Made by a program: the position numbers and the translations under genes. From the NCBI GenBank assembly GCA_011109175.1, contig RDEW01000009.1, positions 129,237 through 193,236 on the forward strand: DNA of 64,000 bases. Direction: 5' to 3'. This document shows, in pieces, positions 48,881 through 61,326 of this stretch. This DNA is from Dicyema japonicum. Lineage: Eukaryota; Animalia; Dicyemida. Every line of letters starts with the position of its first letter. Position 1 is the stretch's first letter. A model generated the notes under the pieces. It had not been told where the DNA came from. It searched no databases and saw only the letters and a list, made by a program, of their open reading frames with translations.

Positions 48881-51209
48881 AAGAGCTGGACGTGTAGTAA
48901 GAGGCAGATGCAAAGTGGGGGGTCCATGTAGTTAGGAAATTCGGTAGGCTATCATCTGAAGCTGAGGATAGCGCCATTTTCAAGTTGGATCTGCGCAACG
49001 CAACTCCCAGATTTACCAGTAAGGGGGTGAAAATTGCTAACTAAATCAAAATATAGGTCCGCTTGTGACGCTGGAATTCTTAAGTCGTTAGAGGAATCGA
49101 ATTTCAGCACGTACAGAAGATCCCCGTAAGCGCTCCAGTTATCTGAGCAAATCTCTCATGCCATCCTGTAAGGGGATAGCCACGGAGTCAGGACGGCCGC
49201 TATGTGACCATTTTGTTTATTTATTCTGTTTTGACAATAAAAAAGATATATTTCGGAATATTTTTTAGTGAGACACATCAGAGATAAGCGTCATCAGTTT
49301 CCTCATATTTTGTTTTTATAATTTTTTTTATTATTTCAGTCAAAGGTTCCACGTATCTACGATGCTTCTGGGATTAACAAGTGACGCCGTCATTAGGGTT
49401 GTGTCAGGGACTCAAAAGAAAAGAACAAAAAGTCAATAATCCTTGATTTCGATTTCCTCCATTGGATTCTTCTGTTCCTTCTTTCTTTTTGTTCTAATAA
49501 TCATTTTCCCCCACTCTATTGAAGAGATTCCCACAATTCTAAAAACTTGACTTTTTTCCGCCGACATTAGTTGACTATGATATTGGAGGGTCTGTTTCCG
49601 CGACCGTGGGAATGTGTGGATAAAACAGCTAATAAAACAAAACTTAAAAAATTAAACAGATAAAGTTAATATGGCTACTTACTCAGTTGCCTTTATGGCA
49701 TTGTGAGTAACCGGAGTGGAGCTATAGCTAATATGGCTCTGCGTATAAGTGCAGCTTTTTGAGTAACCATATCTTAAAATCAATATCACTAGGTCCATAT
49801 CTTAAAATCCACAACCAAATTTACTAAAAATTTGTCGATTAGTTTATTAAAATTTCAAATATGAAGTTTTATTAATAATTTTGCATTAAATTCAAGATGC
49901 CAGTAAAATAAAATATAGCGTGCACTTGTGCCTACTACGTCGTTGAGTTATGAACAAGGAATAATACAAACTTATAAAATGTGAAGATCGAGCAACGAAA
50001 TCTATCGTCGACTCCCAAATGTTTACTGTTTGGGAGGGATTATTAACATAATTTGTTTACTGCAAAGAGAAATAATTAAAAAAGCATTTAATAGAATTCA
50101 GAGAAAATTGGTCTTTTCGGTTGCATCATCAGGAACTGCAGCCACATTTAGATGGGAGAAGTCTGCTCATTCCAACTATAGAATGTTCTTTAAGCTATTG
50201 TATATGAGTAGGTGGTATATAATATTAAAAAACTGCGGATCTGTGTAACAATGGCAAACAATAATCTTCCAATGTAAATGGAGGATTTTCTGTTTGTTCC
50301 GCTAGTGATCGTAAAGTCTGGTGTTTTTGAGCCTGCGAGGTTAGAATTCCTGAGTCATCTAGTGAATCGGATTTCTTCCCGAACAGAAGATCGGTATGAA
50401 CGCTGTTGGCTATTTGAGCCAATCTAGCTTAAGTTATGTGGTAATCGATTGCTGTAAAAACATCAATGCCTTATTTAATAGAAACGACTATTTTGACATC
50501 CTAAACATGTGGATAAGACACGTTCATCCTTCAGTTCCTGGTAAGACTTAGTTCGGGATGACGACAAATAACCCCAAACCCAGTCATTAAGAGAAAGGCT
50601 TCTTTTTGGCTCTATTCCTTCTTCAATTTTTAAGAGTTGTTATGGGATAGGATCCGTCATGGATCCATCAAAAAAGAATCCTTCTCTTCCTACTCAAGTA
50701 GAAGTGTTACCGCAATGGAAAGGATGTGCCCCATTCCGACCATGGGAACTTGATAAAACCTTTTTCAGATATATCCTAGGATGTTAAAAATACTTATAAA
50801 TTATCGCCGACAGTACGTAACACTTTCTCCAATGCAAAACTGTTCAAGTCATCGTTACGTTGGTCCCGCAGCGAATATTGCTAAAGATCGAAAAGGAGGA
50901 AGTACTGCGGCATTTGAGATCGGTTCACAATCCATCTGATATCTGTTATGACGTGTGGTCTGCTTAGCCCAAATAACGTCTCAGTTATCAGGTTAATCGG
51001 ACGGCTTGCAGGACTACGGAAGGGAGAGCCTAGAATGACACGATGGCTCTTCCAGGGCTCGCGATCATAAGGGGTAGCTCCCATTGCGTTCTCAACGGCC
51101 GTAAGGAAATAAACGTTATTTAATGAAATTCTAAATTTGTCTTCAAATTTCAATCAAATTATTATCGTCAAAAATAGATGATAAATAATACAACACGTTT
51201 TTGCCTGAA

Positions 51210-51596
51210 ATGTACGAAGATGATTTTGAAATCGACAGTATATCCAGTGAATCACCCGACTCTTATACTGAAGATTCATCCAGCAGTTTTCAGGATATAA
51301 ACTCTGAAGAAGCGATAAACACACTTCCAATAGCCACAACTCATTTTTACGTCTCCCAACTGAACGCTGCCGAAGAATACATCCCCCACAGGACTTTCAA
51401 ACTTTGTTTCAACGACCAAGTCGAGGTTAGAGTGATAGGTCGAACCAATCCAAAGTATCCTCACCCAATCCTGCCTTTCCAGCTAAACAAAAATCGTTCA
51501 GATGAAACTCAAAAAACCAACTCCTCCCCAAACCCATTATTTTCAAAAACAGAAATCACGAACTTAAATTATTTTACAGAAAAGAGCAGTTTATGA
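51210..51596 (+). CDS. Unidentified acidic/Ser-rich ORF
   Basis: Open 128 codons from ATG; no recognised domain; stop overlaps the next ATG. Confidence 0.35.
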   Translation: MYEDDFEIDSISSESPDSYTEDSSSSFQDINSEEAINTLPIATTHFYVSQLNAAEEYIPHRTFKLCFNDQVEVRVIGRTNPKYPHPILPFQLNKNRSDETQKTNSSPNPLFSKTEITNLNYFTEKSSL

Positions 51597-52017
51597 TGAC
51601 TGGTATTCTGATTATTCTATATATCCTGGGTTTTCTTGATTTTTAACAAATTTAGGAACATCCTTACTTTTTGGAGTGAACTTTGGTAAACAAAAAATGA
51701 TTTGTGATGTAATGCACGTGAGTTCGGTTAACTATGACTTTCACCTTAAATATGATTTCCACCAATCTTCACATTGGAAAATATACAACCTCGTTGGAGT
51801 TGATGGACTATCTAACCAAAATTCCAAATGGAAGAATTCAATGTTTTTTGTTGGCAGTAACCACCGTGAAATTGGTGTTTTTGGTGGAGGGGTTTACATA
51901 ATACACGACGCGGACATATCATATTTATTTTACTACGATGGAGTATCTTGGGAAGACCCTCAAAAAGAGAAAGTTACAATCACTTGCGAGTTAGCAAAAA
52001 AAGCAGGCCATTTTTGA
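51593..52017 (+). CDS. Unidentified small secreted or membrane-anchored protein, one 26-nt intron
   Basis: MMTGILIILYILG|TSLLFGVNFGK... after removing GT-AG intron 51630-51655, in frame with ORF 51676-52017. Confidence 0.5.
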
Positions 52018-52169
52018 CATTTTTATTATGAAAAGGCATATTTGATAAAATGTTTTGTTTTTATAAAAATTTAATTTTGTAAATTTTAGCCATAAAACTG
52101 TAATTTGCTGTTTATGTGGTTTAGTGATTACTATGGCCATTTAAATGCTATAAAAATTAGAAATTAAAA

Positions 52170-52800
52170 GTTAGGGGGGTTGAATGGCCATGCTGTTTCC
52201 TCTGACGATAGCTATCGAGACAAGATATCTATGCCATCCAGTCTCACGTGGATCGTGGTGGCCCTTTGATCATTGAGCCGATCAGACGGACTAGATCGTA
52301 GCTTATGGGCCAAGGATTCCTGACGTCTTAACAGCAAATGGTAGTGACCGGTTTAAGGATCCTTTAAATTTTTAGATGAGCACCTTCACGAAGTTAAGCT
52401 TTCATGCCGAAACAAAGATTACGTTTGACTCATGTCTGTTGAAGGTCATGAGGGTGTCGAATGTTACTCCTAGAATCTAAGCTTGTTTCTTGTGTGGGAT
52501 TAGTGTATCGAATTTTTGTCTGAACCGATTGGAATATTGATCAAGAATAAGTTGAAAAGTGACGGTGACAAGGGGGAACCACGTGGCACACCGTTGAAAG
52601 AAATTTTGAGACCGATTGGCAGGGTTTCGTTACGAATTTTTCTTCGATCAGTTAGAAAGTTCCCGAGCCATGCTGTGGATTTCCGAGCAGTAGATCTTCC
52701 TCGTTAAGATTTTTCTGGGGACCGAGTCAAAAGCCCTTTGGATGTCAGTCGAGCACAATAATGGTTTGAAGTGCCTAGGCTTTGACTGAATTCCCCCGAT
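52170..52800 (-). mobile_element. I/Jockey-group LINE RT remnant
   Basis: DIQRAFDSV, NGVPRGSPLSPSLFNLF, ILGVTFD. Confidence 0.7.
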
Positions 52801-53179
52801 TAGGGGACTAAATGTTATTTAAAAAATTTTTTATGTAAATGATATTTTTTCTACCCTTCAGAAGGTGTAGAGGGGTTGGGAATGTCGAACTGTTCTTTTC
52901 CGTGTAGAACTTGCATTGAGCGCCACACAACAGATGGACCGCGTGACGCCAGTAGTCGGCCAATAAAAAAAACGAAAGCATTTGCGAATCAAATATTCCT
53001 CTCTACAGGATGAGGCAACCTTCCTTGTTACGCCTATTTGAAGAATCTGTGCTGTGTTCGAGGCTGTATGAAACTTTGCTATTGGAGCCCATTGGGACTG
53101 ATGGAATTATTAGAGCGTGAATAATGTTCAACGGTGAAAAGCATTTTTCGATCTAAATTTCCCTTCTAGAACAATTTCA

Positions 53180-53500
53180 TTTTTTAAGCCTTTTCACGAG
53201 AGCCATAGTATTTATAGCTCCGCATAGGCAGGACACACACTTTATTTAAGTAAAGAACAGTTAATTTTAACTAATCGTAGAACCAATGAATGATCTTCAC
53301 TTCTTTTTTTCTTTTTCTTGTGTGTGGGTCCATTCTAGACAATCCAGCTCCGCAGTGAGTATCCACTGATGACAGCGTCACTCGTCAAACCCCTTCTGCA
53401 TCGTAGATGCGTGGAACCTTCCACCAGGTGAACAGCAGCGAGAATCGAACCCGTAATCTAAGTTACTTTAGCCCAACACCTAACCACTATGCCACCCGGG
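53180..53500 (-). mobile_element. Full-length tRNA-derived SINE, family 1
   Basis: Colinear with 14906-15225; A box TGGCATAGTGG, B box GGTTCGATTC. Confidence 0.9.
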
Positions 53501-53539
53501 TTCTCGGTGATCCCGGGGTTAATAAATAAATAAATAATG

Positions 53540-54860
53540 GGGAAGAAGATATCAAAGCAGCCAAAAAGGAAGACGGTGCTATTAATCTCCACAAAATTAA
53601 TAGGTGTTGAAACCATCCGCAATGAACTGCGAAAGCGTTGATAAGAGAGTCGTAGTTGATCTTCCAGAACGGAATCCGTGTTGGAATTCGGTTGAGTTAG
53701 GGAAGGAATAATTTAAGATAGGATCAACTTTTCCAACACTTTTGACATAGTAGAGGTCAATGAGATTGGTCTGTATGAACTGGGATCTCCTTTTGGTTTT
53801 CCGGCCTTATGAATTGTAGTGATGAGCGAGTTCTTCCATATTTGGGGGATAGTGTTCCAGATAACAGACAGGTTAAAAATTTTCGTTAGGAAGCTAATTG
53901 CGTATTTGCTTAGGTATTTTAGGTGAATTGAAGATACTTTGTCTGGGCCGCAGGCCCGTGAGTTTTTTAATCCGGCGATAACCTCTGAGACCTGCTTGTC
54001 TGATAATAGTTCTTGGTAAAGTTCATTTTTCGATTTGCGGACACGTTCTTTAATATTCAGTTGTTTAGAGAATTTCTTGAAGCTGATCGCAAATTAGGGT
54101 GCATATGATAAATATGTTCTGGAGAGGGGTTACAGGTTCCGTTCATATCTTCCAACTCTGATTTAATTTGTTTTAATGTTTTCCAAAATTGATGAGATGA
54201 ACTTTTCCCGTTAAGGCGATTGATTAGGTGACGCCACCTCTGATCATGATGGTATTTTGTGCTCTGGTTGATACTTTTATTTAGTTGTCTGATGGATTTC
54301 AACTCCGTCGGATGGGATCTTATCATTTGATTTCTTCGTTTATGAGTGTAAATGTCCGGGAATTGAGAGTAGGTATAAAATTCGTGTATGATGGGAAAGA
54401 AATAAATATGTTGTCAGCCTTTTTGAATGGCCACACTGATGATCTTTGCGGCTTCATCTATCAAACGTATATGGGATGATAGTCCTTTGACCAATTCCAG
54501 GTCTACGAAGTCAGAGGAGCCAGACCAGTCAACCTTCTTATAATTCTTGAAACTTTTCACTTCGGTCAGCAATGTCCCGCGTTTCCGAAATTCTCTTAAC
54601 GTGAGAAGGATGGGATTATGGTCGCTGGAGAAACCATAGTTAACATCCCATGTAGTGATTGCTAAAGAGGGAGAACATAGGGTTACATCAGGAGAGGTGT
54701 AGCTATCAGTGCTCCTTAAAGGGGTTCTTGTGTGTAATTTAGGATCATTCAGGATAAACATATCAATAGGAGCATTTGCGATGAACTCGCCTCGGGTGTC
54801 AGAGGACTATGAGACTAGCCAAACGGAGTGTCGGGCATTTAGGTCATGGGGCGAAGCAAA
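53540..54860 (-). mobile_element. I/Jockey-group LINE remnant (APE to RT)
   Basis: DLNARHSVW, TSPDVTLCS, SSDHNPI, RACGPD, SYRPISL.S..SKVLEK. Confidence 0.8.
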
Positions 54861-55629
54861 ATAATCGTACCCAATCCTCAGAGTCTGCTGAAGAGACTGC
54901 CCTTTCAATACACTTGTATAGGCAGTCCGCGTCAAAAATGCGGAGGCTTTGAGAATCCTAATCAGGATTCTTAGTGTGGATGTCAGGTTTGAAATAAATT
55001 CAATTAATTTCTGATGATCCAGTAAGATTTTCAGAAGGAAACCATGGAGCTGAGGATGTCGTATTCCCTGGTAGGAAGTACTACTGACGATGTCAGTCGG
55101 TAATAACAGCCCGGTTTTTTGTCATTCCGACGCAAGAGATGTGGAAACCCAACAAACAAGCCATGCAGTGGATCATCCGATTTCTTTTATTAAATTTTTA
55201 CTGCTCTCATCTTTTTTGCAATTTAAAACAAGTTGCACATAATAAAAATTATATTAAAACCAATAATTTTCGATTCCTGTGTTTCAACTTACGTTGGGAT
55301 TTTTGAGAAGTGCATAATTATATAATAAGACAATAGGAGTTCACAAGGACATCAAAATCACCAATTCTATACTCTTAAACTAACTAATGCTAAAAAATAC
55401 GCGTGGTTGATGAAATGAAACTTTCCAAAAACCACGGTAACACCAAACAAACTATTCATGTGATCCCGAAATGCTTCAATAGATACGTCAAATTGGGAAG
55501 ATATCCTTCCCTCGAACTCACGCAACCACTTATCGTCCTTTCAACTGGATGCTCGTAGTCGCACGGGTCTGCTCCTCGGTTCATACGGATTAGGCAATCA
55601 AAGGTCTTAGTGAAAGGACCATTTCTGAT

Positions 55630-58212
55630 TATTATTACAGCACTTATCGCCTTGCCATAATAGTTATAGCAAAGCATGTGCAATACAAGAAACAATGTTA
55701 TTAGTTAGCCTCTTCCATCCTCCACGGTTACACGCAGTCGATCTCAGCATGTCCAGATCGTCTCCCGTCTTTAGGCATTTCTTCATCCTTTGGAGGTCTT
55801 TGTGCAGCATGATAGGTAGGGTCATCCTTGGTCTGCCACGGAAGCATTTGCCCTCGAACATGAAATGGTCCTCCATCGCCACATTAGCCGGGGCAGCAAG
55901 ATCCATGCGTAGTACGTGACCAAACAGTCTCCACCGGGCGTCAGTGATTTCCAGGCTTAGAGGCCTACTCTTGCATTTTTTGTAAATACCGGTATTCGAG
56001 ATTCTGGCTGGCCACTGCATGCCAAATAATACTCTAAGCTGTTTTCTGTGGAACCCATCGAGAGCCATTGATTCCGCACCTGTACAGGCCCAAGTACCAG
56101 CATTGTATGTCAGTATCGGTTTCACAAATGCATTGTACATGCGTATCCGCAGATTGACATCTAGTCCTTTCAGCCATCCCTTTTTGAGTTTTCGCATTGC
56201 TACTCCTGCAAGTGTTTTCCTTTTGATGATGTCTTCTGTGTCCCCCAGTAGGGATCCAAGCTTATTAACATGTCGCCAACGTTCATTAAGGATGTTGTCC
56301 ATTCTTTTGATTTCCGTGATTTCCGTTTTGGCCCGGTTAACGATGAGGAACCATTCCCCCAGTTTGTCCGGTGCATTTTCCAGCAGATGTGTGAGAGCTT
56401 CTGTATCCTCGGATATAAAATCCACATCATCCGCGTATACGACTTCGTTTATTTTTCCTTCATAGCAAGTTCTTAGATCCTTTAGTGCAGCTTCGAGATA
56501 TATCACAAATAGTAAGGGGGAGAGGGAGTCTCCCTGAGGAGTGCCGATTGTAGTTTTGAATGGTCGGGATAGAGTTCTCCCAATTCGGACTGACAGTTCA
56601 GTACTTGAGAGAAGTACTCTGATTATCCGTAGCAATGATTGGTCCACAAATTGATGAAGGACAACCATTAGCTTGTGTCGGCTAATGGTGTCGAAAGCTC
56701 TTGACATATCGATCCCCAGGATGGTCGTGGCATTTTTGTATCTTTGAGCCGTTGCACACCGCCACCTGTGGCTCCACAGAATGTCCGCTGTCGACCTTCC
56801 TTCACGAAATCCACTATGGCATGCTGATAGGTAATTTCCTGCAGGATGTTTTAAGCGGTCCAAAGCAACAGATGCAAGAACTTTTCGTAATGTGTTTAAC
56901 AATATGACTGGGCGTAGGCTTTCTAGTGGTCCCTTTGGTTTGTTAGGCTTTTGTATAGGTATCAATGTCCCTTTCCCCAGTGGTAGGACAGAGTTGGATG
57001 TAAACATTCCATTTAACAATGTCGCAATGGTTTCGAATAGACGCATAGGTCCATATTTCAGCAGTTCGGGAGGGATGTTGTCTGGTCCAGCGCTCCTGTG
57101 ATTCTTTAGCTTACTGCACGCACTCTGAACTTCCTTAGATGTGATAATTGTTTCCAGCATCCGCGGTTCTCCGATGAAAGGGGCCAGTTCTTGGCCGTTC
57201 GCATTGAACAGTTAGGTTGAGTTAGTGACGTGGCTCTTTAAATGCAGTCTGAAAAATACAAGATTCAATGGGATGGCCTCAACCTACTCTCGTTTAATGT
57301 CAGGGGGATCTCGAAGACATGGATGAGGAAAACACTGTGCGATGATTTAGACAAGTACCGCGTCTCCATCGGATGTCTGCAAGAAACGAAGGTCTCTGAT
57401 GGATGCTGTGAACACTATGGAACCTTATTCTCTTCCCTAGTGAGTCTAAACATTACGGACAAGGTTTCGCAGTCCATGAACATCTTGTACCACGGATACA
57501 TCAATTTTGGAAAGTCAACGACAGGATTAGTGTTCTGCAAATTAGGATGAATGACATGTGCCCCTCCAAAAGCTACATGACAGTCATTAACGTGTATGCT
57601 CCACATAGTGGCAGATTTTTGAAAAATCCTGAGGAACTGGATGACTTCTACTGTCAACTATTGAGGACGTACTCGGAATACGAATCTTCGTCGTTGATTT
57701 ATTGCCGGGGACTTTAACGCTAAAGTTGGGATGCGACGCAGTGGAGAGGAATCGTTCATCGGCAGGCATGGACGGGGGTGGAGAAACACCCCGGGAACAC
57801 TACTGGCCAATTTCTGTCAAGCGAATGATCTTTTCATAGGAAACACTGCCTTTATGCACCCAGCTCGCCACAGGAGCACATGGACTGGCCATAGAACGAA
57901 CTCGGAAAACAAAAGTGTCAATTACATCATTTGTCGGACTAAGGACAAACACCTACTGAATGATGCCCGCTCTTATGAAGGTTCGATGAAAAATAGTGAC
58001 CATAAAATAATTATTAGCAAATTCTGCCTGAAGAAATACTACATTGGCAGCAAGAACCCAAACCTAAGCAAAACGCTACCACCTCACCATACCCATGCAT
58101 ATATGACTGAAAAGCTCTGGTCTCAGCCGCTGCTGGTGACAAACTACCAAAAACATATAGAGAACCACCTATATACGTTACCAGCTAATATGACTATACA
58201 AGACCTATGGGG
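55630..58212 (-). mobile_element. RTE-like LINE with inverted 5' segment, bounded by a 9-bp direct repeat
   Basis: RT plus (aat)n tail on minus (55630-~57212), APE domain on plus (~57215-58212); atttctgat at 55621-55629 and 58213-58221. Confidence 0.75.
55664..57160 (-). CDS. Non-LTR reverse transcriptase, uninterrupted 498-aa ORF lacking the endonuclease
   Basis: SAGPDNIPPELLK, LRPVILL, GFR.GRST, IDMSRAFD, GTPQGDSLSPLLF, YADD, WRLFGHVLR. Confidence 0.9.
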   Translation of the reverse strand: MLETIITSKEVQSACSKLKNHRSAGPDNIPPELLKYGPMRLFETIATLLNGMFTSNSVLPLGKGTLIPIQKPNKPKGPLESLRPVILLNTLRKVLASVALDRLKHPAGNYLSACHSGFREGRSTADILWSHRWRCATAQRYKNATTILGIDMSRAFDTISRHKLMVVLHQFVDQSLLRIIRVLLSSTELSVRIGRTLSRPFKTTIGTPQGDSLSPLLFVIYLEAALKDLRTCYEGKINEVVYADDVDFISEDTEALTHLLENAPDKLGEWFLIVNRAKTEITEIKRMDNILNERWRHVNKLGSLLGDTEDIIKRKTLAGVAMRKLKKGWLKGLDVNLRIRMYNAFVKPILTYNAGTWACTGAESMALDGFHRKQLRVLFGMQWPARISNTGIYKKCKSRPLSLEITDARWRLFGHVLRMDLAAPANVAMEDHFMFEGKCFRGRPRMTLPIMLHKDLQRMKKCLKTGDDLDMLRSTACNRGGWKRLTNNIVSCIAHALL

Positions 58213-58317
58213 ATTTCTGATGTTTTTAAAAAATAACGAAAATGTATTAATTTCTCTATTAATAACTATAATATTCAAAAAATCATAAAAATTAAACATT
58301 AATACCGAAAATATAAA

Positions 58318-59406
58318 TCATGAATATTTAAATACAAGGTGGGAAAAACTGACACAATGTTGTTGAGAAATAACATGAATTACATTTCCATCTCCACACA
58401 ACATTACACATTCATTCTAGCAGAACAATCACAAACAAACCCAAAATGGAGTAATCGAGTACACTCTTTTAATAGGACAGCCAAGGGATATCACTCCTCC
58501 ACTTTTATCGCACACATTCGTTCCAACTCCCCCAGAGTAAATCTTACCAATAACAACCCACATGTACCATTCCATTCTCGCTCATTCTGACTCCATAGGA
58601 ATCTCCCACATTATAGGCACAGCCAATTGACTTGTAGCAAACATTAACCAGGGAAAGACCTCCACATCCACCAAAAGTCTAAAAATTAGGGAGTGCTTAA
58701 CAATCCAATCCGAATTCGAAGGATCTATGCTCACGCAACTCAGCCAGTCTTCGTTAGGAGATGAAAAGACGTGAATAACCTCACTATTGTGGTAATCTAT
58801 GACTCAATAATACGAGAACCCCAAACACGCGCACTCCCATCTTCAGATACTGAAACCGCGAGTGACCCGGAGACATCAATCTGAGATATAAACTTAGAAT
58901 GCCCTTTGATGACATTCTGAATATCACACACCACTCACAATAATGTCGGGTCCGCGTATCACAAGAATATTCCCCAGAGATGTCCCCACGAAGAGAAGGT
59001 CTTCTTTCATGCAAAGAGTGATGATTTCACTGGATTTGTTGCATCTAAATAAGAGCAAGGAAGACTTTAGGGGAATCGTTAGCGTTTGATCAGCCTTGAT
59101 TCCAGGAGTGAGGATGGATTCCCACAAGTAGCAGTAAATAGTAGATTTCTTAGCACAAAACAGATGACTCTGGTTGGAGGTGAGTGAATATATTGGATAC
59201 ATGTAGTATGAATAGCCAATATAGTGTGTCACATTTATTATATTAACTGGAAGGATTTCCTTTGCTGAAATCAGTCTGGAATGTAGCATTATTGCTCACT
59301 CAAATATGGCGATATCACCGAAATTATTGGATGCCGCCAAATAGTTATTACAGGGAGATATTTCGAGTGAATATATAGTCATTAAGGATTCCCGAAACCG
59401 GCTCAT
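58318..59406 (-). CDS. THOC6: THO complex subunit 6-like WD40 protein, 6-7 tiny introns
   Basis: MTIYSLEISPCNNYLAASNNFGDIAIF resembles human THOC6 [60 protein letters not shown], SDWI. The frame is open after removing 23-25-nt GT-AG introns (plus a probable in-frame 21-nt one). Confidence 0.8.
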
Positions 59407-59559
59407 CACTTACCTTTAAACTGAATATTTATTTTAAATTTATTATTATTTTTTTAATTTTGAATTAATTTAACATAAATTATATGAGATACTCTTAAAA
59501 GTTATTTTGAAGCAAGTATATCTTTTTTTAAGAGTAGTTCTTGATTATACATTTGTTTT

Positions 59560-59890
59560 ATCACTCAAGCTGATCGAAGGTAGCGGAGGCGATAACGCGG
59601 CTTTCTTAGAAATCGTCTAACATCTTATTACGGTTTACAACAATCGGATTACATGGATATGCATTCATAACTTTACAGGATTGAACAATCATCCTCTCCA
59701 CAAACCCTCATGCTTTCTTAAAGACCAGGAGACGAGTCACCTCTTGTCCAGGTTCATCTTCGAGTTCTGCACAGAACCAATTATACATGTCGGATCTCTA
59801 GGAGCATCTGCTTTTGGCTGTAGCGTTCTTGTTAGCCACCGGTTTCTGTCACTAGAAGGGACTGGGGGTAAATAAAAATAAATTAATTAA
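59560..59890 (+). mobile_element. I-group LINE 3' end, decayed
   Basis: LYRIEQSSSP..LYMSDL.EH..AVAFL and tail ctgggggtaaataaaaata, like 48640-48880. Confidence 0.55.
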
Positions 59891-60648
59891 AATTCAAATA
59901 CTTATAGTTAGCAACTCGGTTCTCAGAATATATCTGACGTCAATTACTTGAATTGATTCATTACAGATATATCATTTTCGTCTTATCTCCACTAGAGGGA
60001 GTGAAGGATAAACTAAAGTTTCAGCTGAGAATCCAGATCATTCATACTCAAAGAACATATTAAGTTATAATCTGCCTTTTTGTTGTAGTTAATAAAAAAC
60101 TTAACGATTGTTGCTATTATTGATAGCAACGGATAGTATCATATTAACTATCATCCTATAGTGCCCACATTCGACTTCCAGTCTGCCTGGCATTAAGGCC
60201 AAGGGTTTGTTCAGTGACTGACGACATCGCTGGGTGCAGAACTCGTGTTAATCCAAAAATTGATGTACTCTAAAGGACTGTGTTGTTGATGATGTATCAA
60301 TTGATTTTCCTTAAATTTTTCATATCTCAATTAGAATCTTTTTTTTGCAATAAACTCTGTGCTCATTGCTGCGCACACTGTGAACTTGTATGGTAGGAGT
60401 GTTCATCATAATATTGTTTACCAACAAAAAAACTCAGTGAATTTATTAAAGCGTGAAATTTTTTAATTGAGGTACAAAATTAGCTTAACCTATCGACCAC
60501 TATGCTAAGTTGCTAATAATAGTAAGAAAGTCGTAATGACTAATAGTTTAACCAACACAAGTCGACAAAAAAACACACAAACTAAGATTACACACAAAGT
60601 GCTAAAATTAAAGAAATTTTTAAACAACCAACCCAATAATTATCATAG

Positions 60649-61326
60649 TTAAATGATTCTGCGATACTCGAAGAACCGTTTCAAGTACCACACGTGCGCA
60701 AAGCTCAGCAAACAAATAATGATGGCTTGAAAAAATGCAAAATAGATGACCCGACTATTTGTTATCTGTAGAACTACAATTAACCCTCATGAATACATTT
60801 ATAGTGATTCCGCGATGACAGAAACTCCTGTTCTTCTGTTATACGCTCAAAATTGTTGAAAATTTGACTGACAATGTTCATCATGTTCGCTAAACTCAAC
60901 AAATAAACCAAACTGCTGTTGGAAATGTCGTTTAAATTGGCACCGTAACGATTGGTTGAGCCGTCCCCCACAGACAAGGTGAACATGACCAGTTTAGTAG
61001 TGAGTGTGGAAAACATATTGCTCATGCAGACCTCGTACGTACCGGGGAGTGCTGTCTTGAATTCAATGGTTTCTGAGGTCTCTCTGACTTTGTTGAAGAT
61101 TTCTTTTTTGCTTGGATCGGTTATCTGTTTCACTATTAGTTTGAAATTAAACCGTGACGTCAATATCGAGAAATCCACCGTCGACAACTTCGTATTTGAA
61201 TCTAACCATTATGTTTTTATCCACATGTTCCTTAAAACAGACAGAGCTGTAAGAGTCCACATAAACTCCATAGTTGACCTCGCATTCAGTAAATGAAAAA
61301 ATGAATAACATCACAAGGGACAACAT
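60649..61326 (-). CDS. TMED2: p24-beta GOLD-domain cargo receptor, 3 introns
   Basis: Signal peptide, EVVDGGFLDIDVT|ITDP, GTYEVCMSNMFSTLTTKLVMF, EQEF, TNSRVIYF, WYLKRFFEYRRII*. Introns 61125-61152 (28 nt), 60890-60913 (24 nt, in frame, inferred) and 60774-60796 (23 nt). Confidence 0.92.

Noticed and set aside
49890-51153. Possible host gene(s) around 50030-51153
   Set aside because: 50280-50425 is another CRE C-terminal scrap; the remaining frames could not be spliced into a consistent gene on either strand.
55695-57101. Plus-strand ORFs overlapping the RT (and similar antisense ORFs over the RTE, CRE and TMED2 regions)
   Set aside because: Shadow frames of real coding sequence on the other strand, with no motifs of their own.
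29378-59300. 3n-length introns nearly always contain in-frame stops
   Set aside because: Ascertainment bias: stop-free 3n introns are largely invisible without transcripts.
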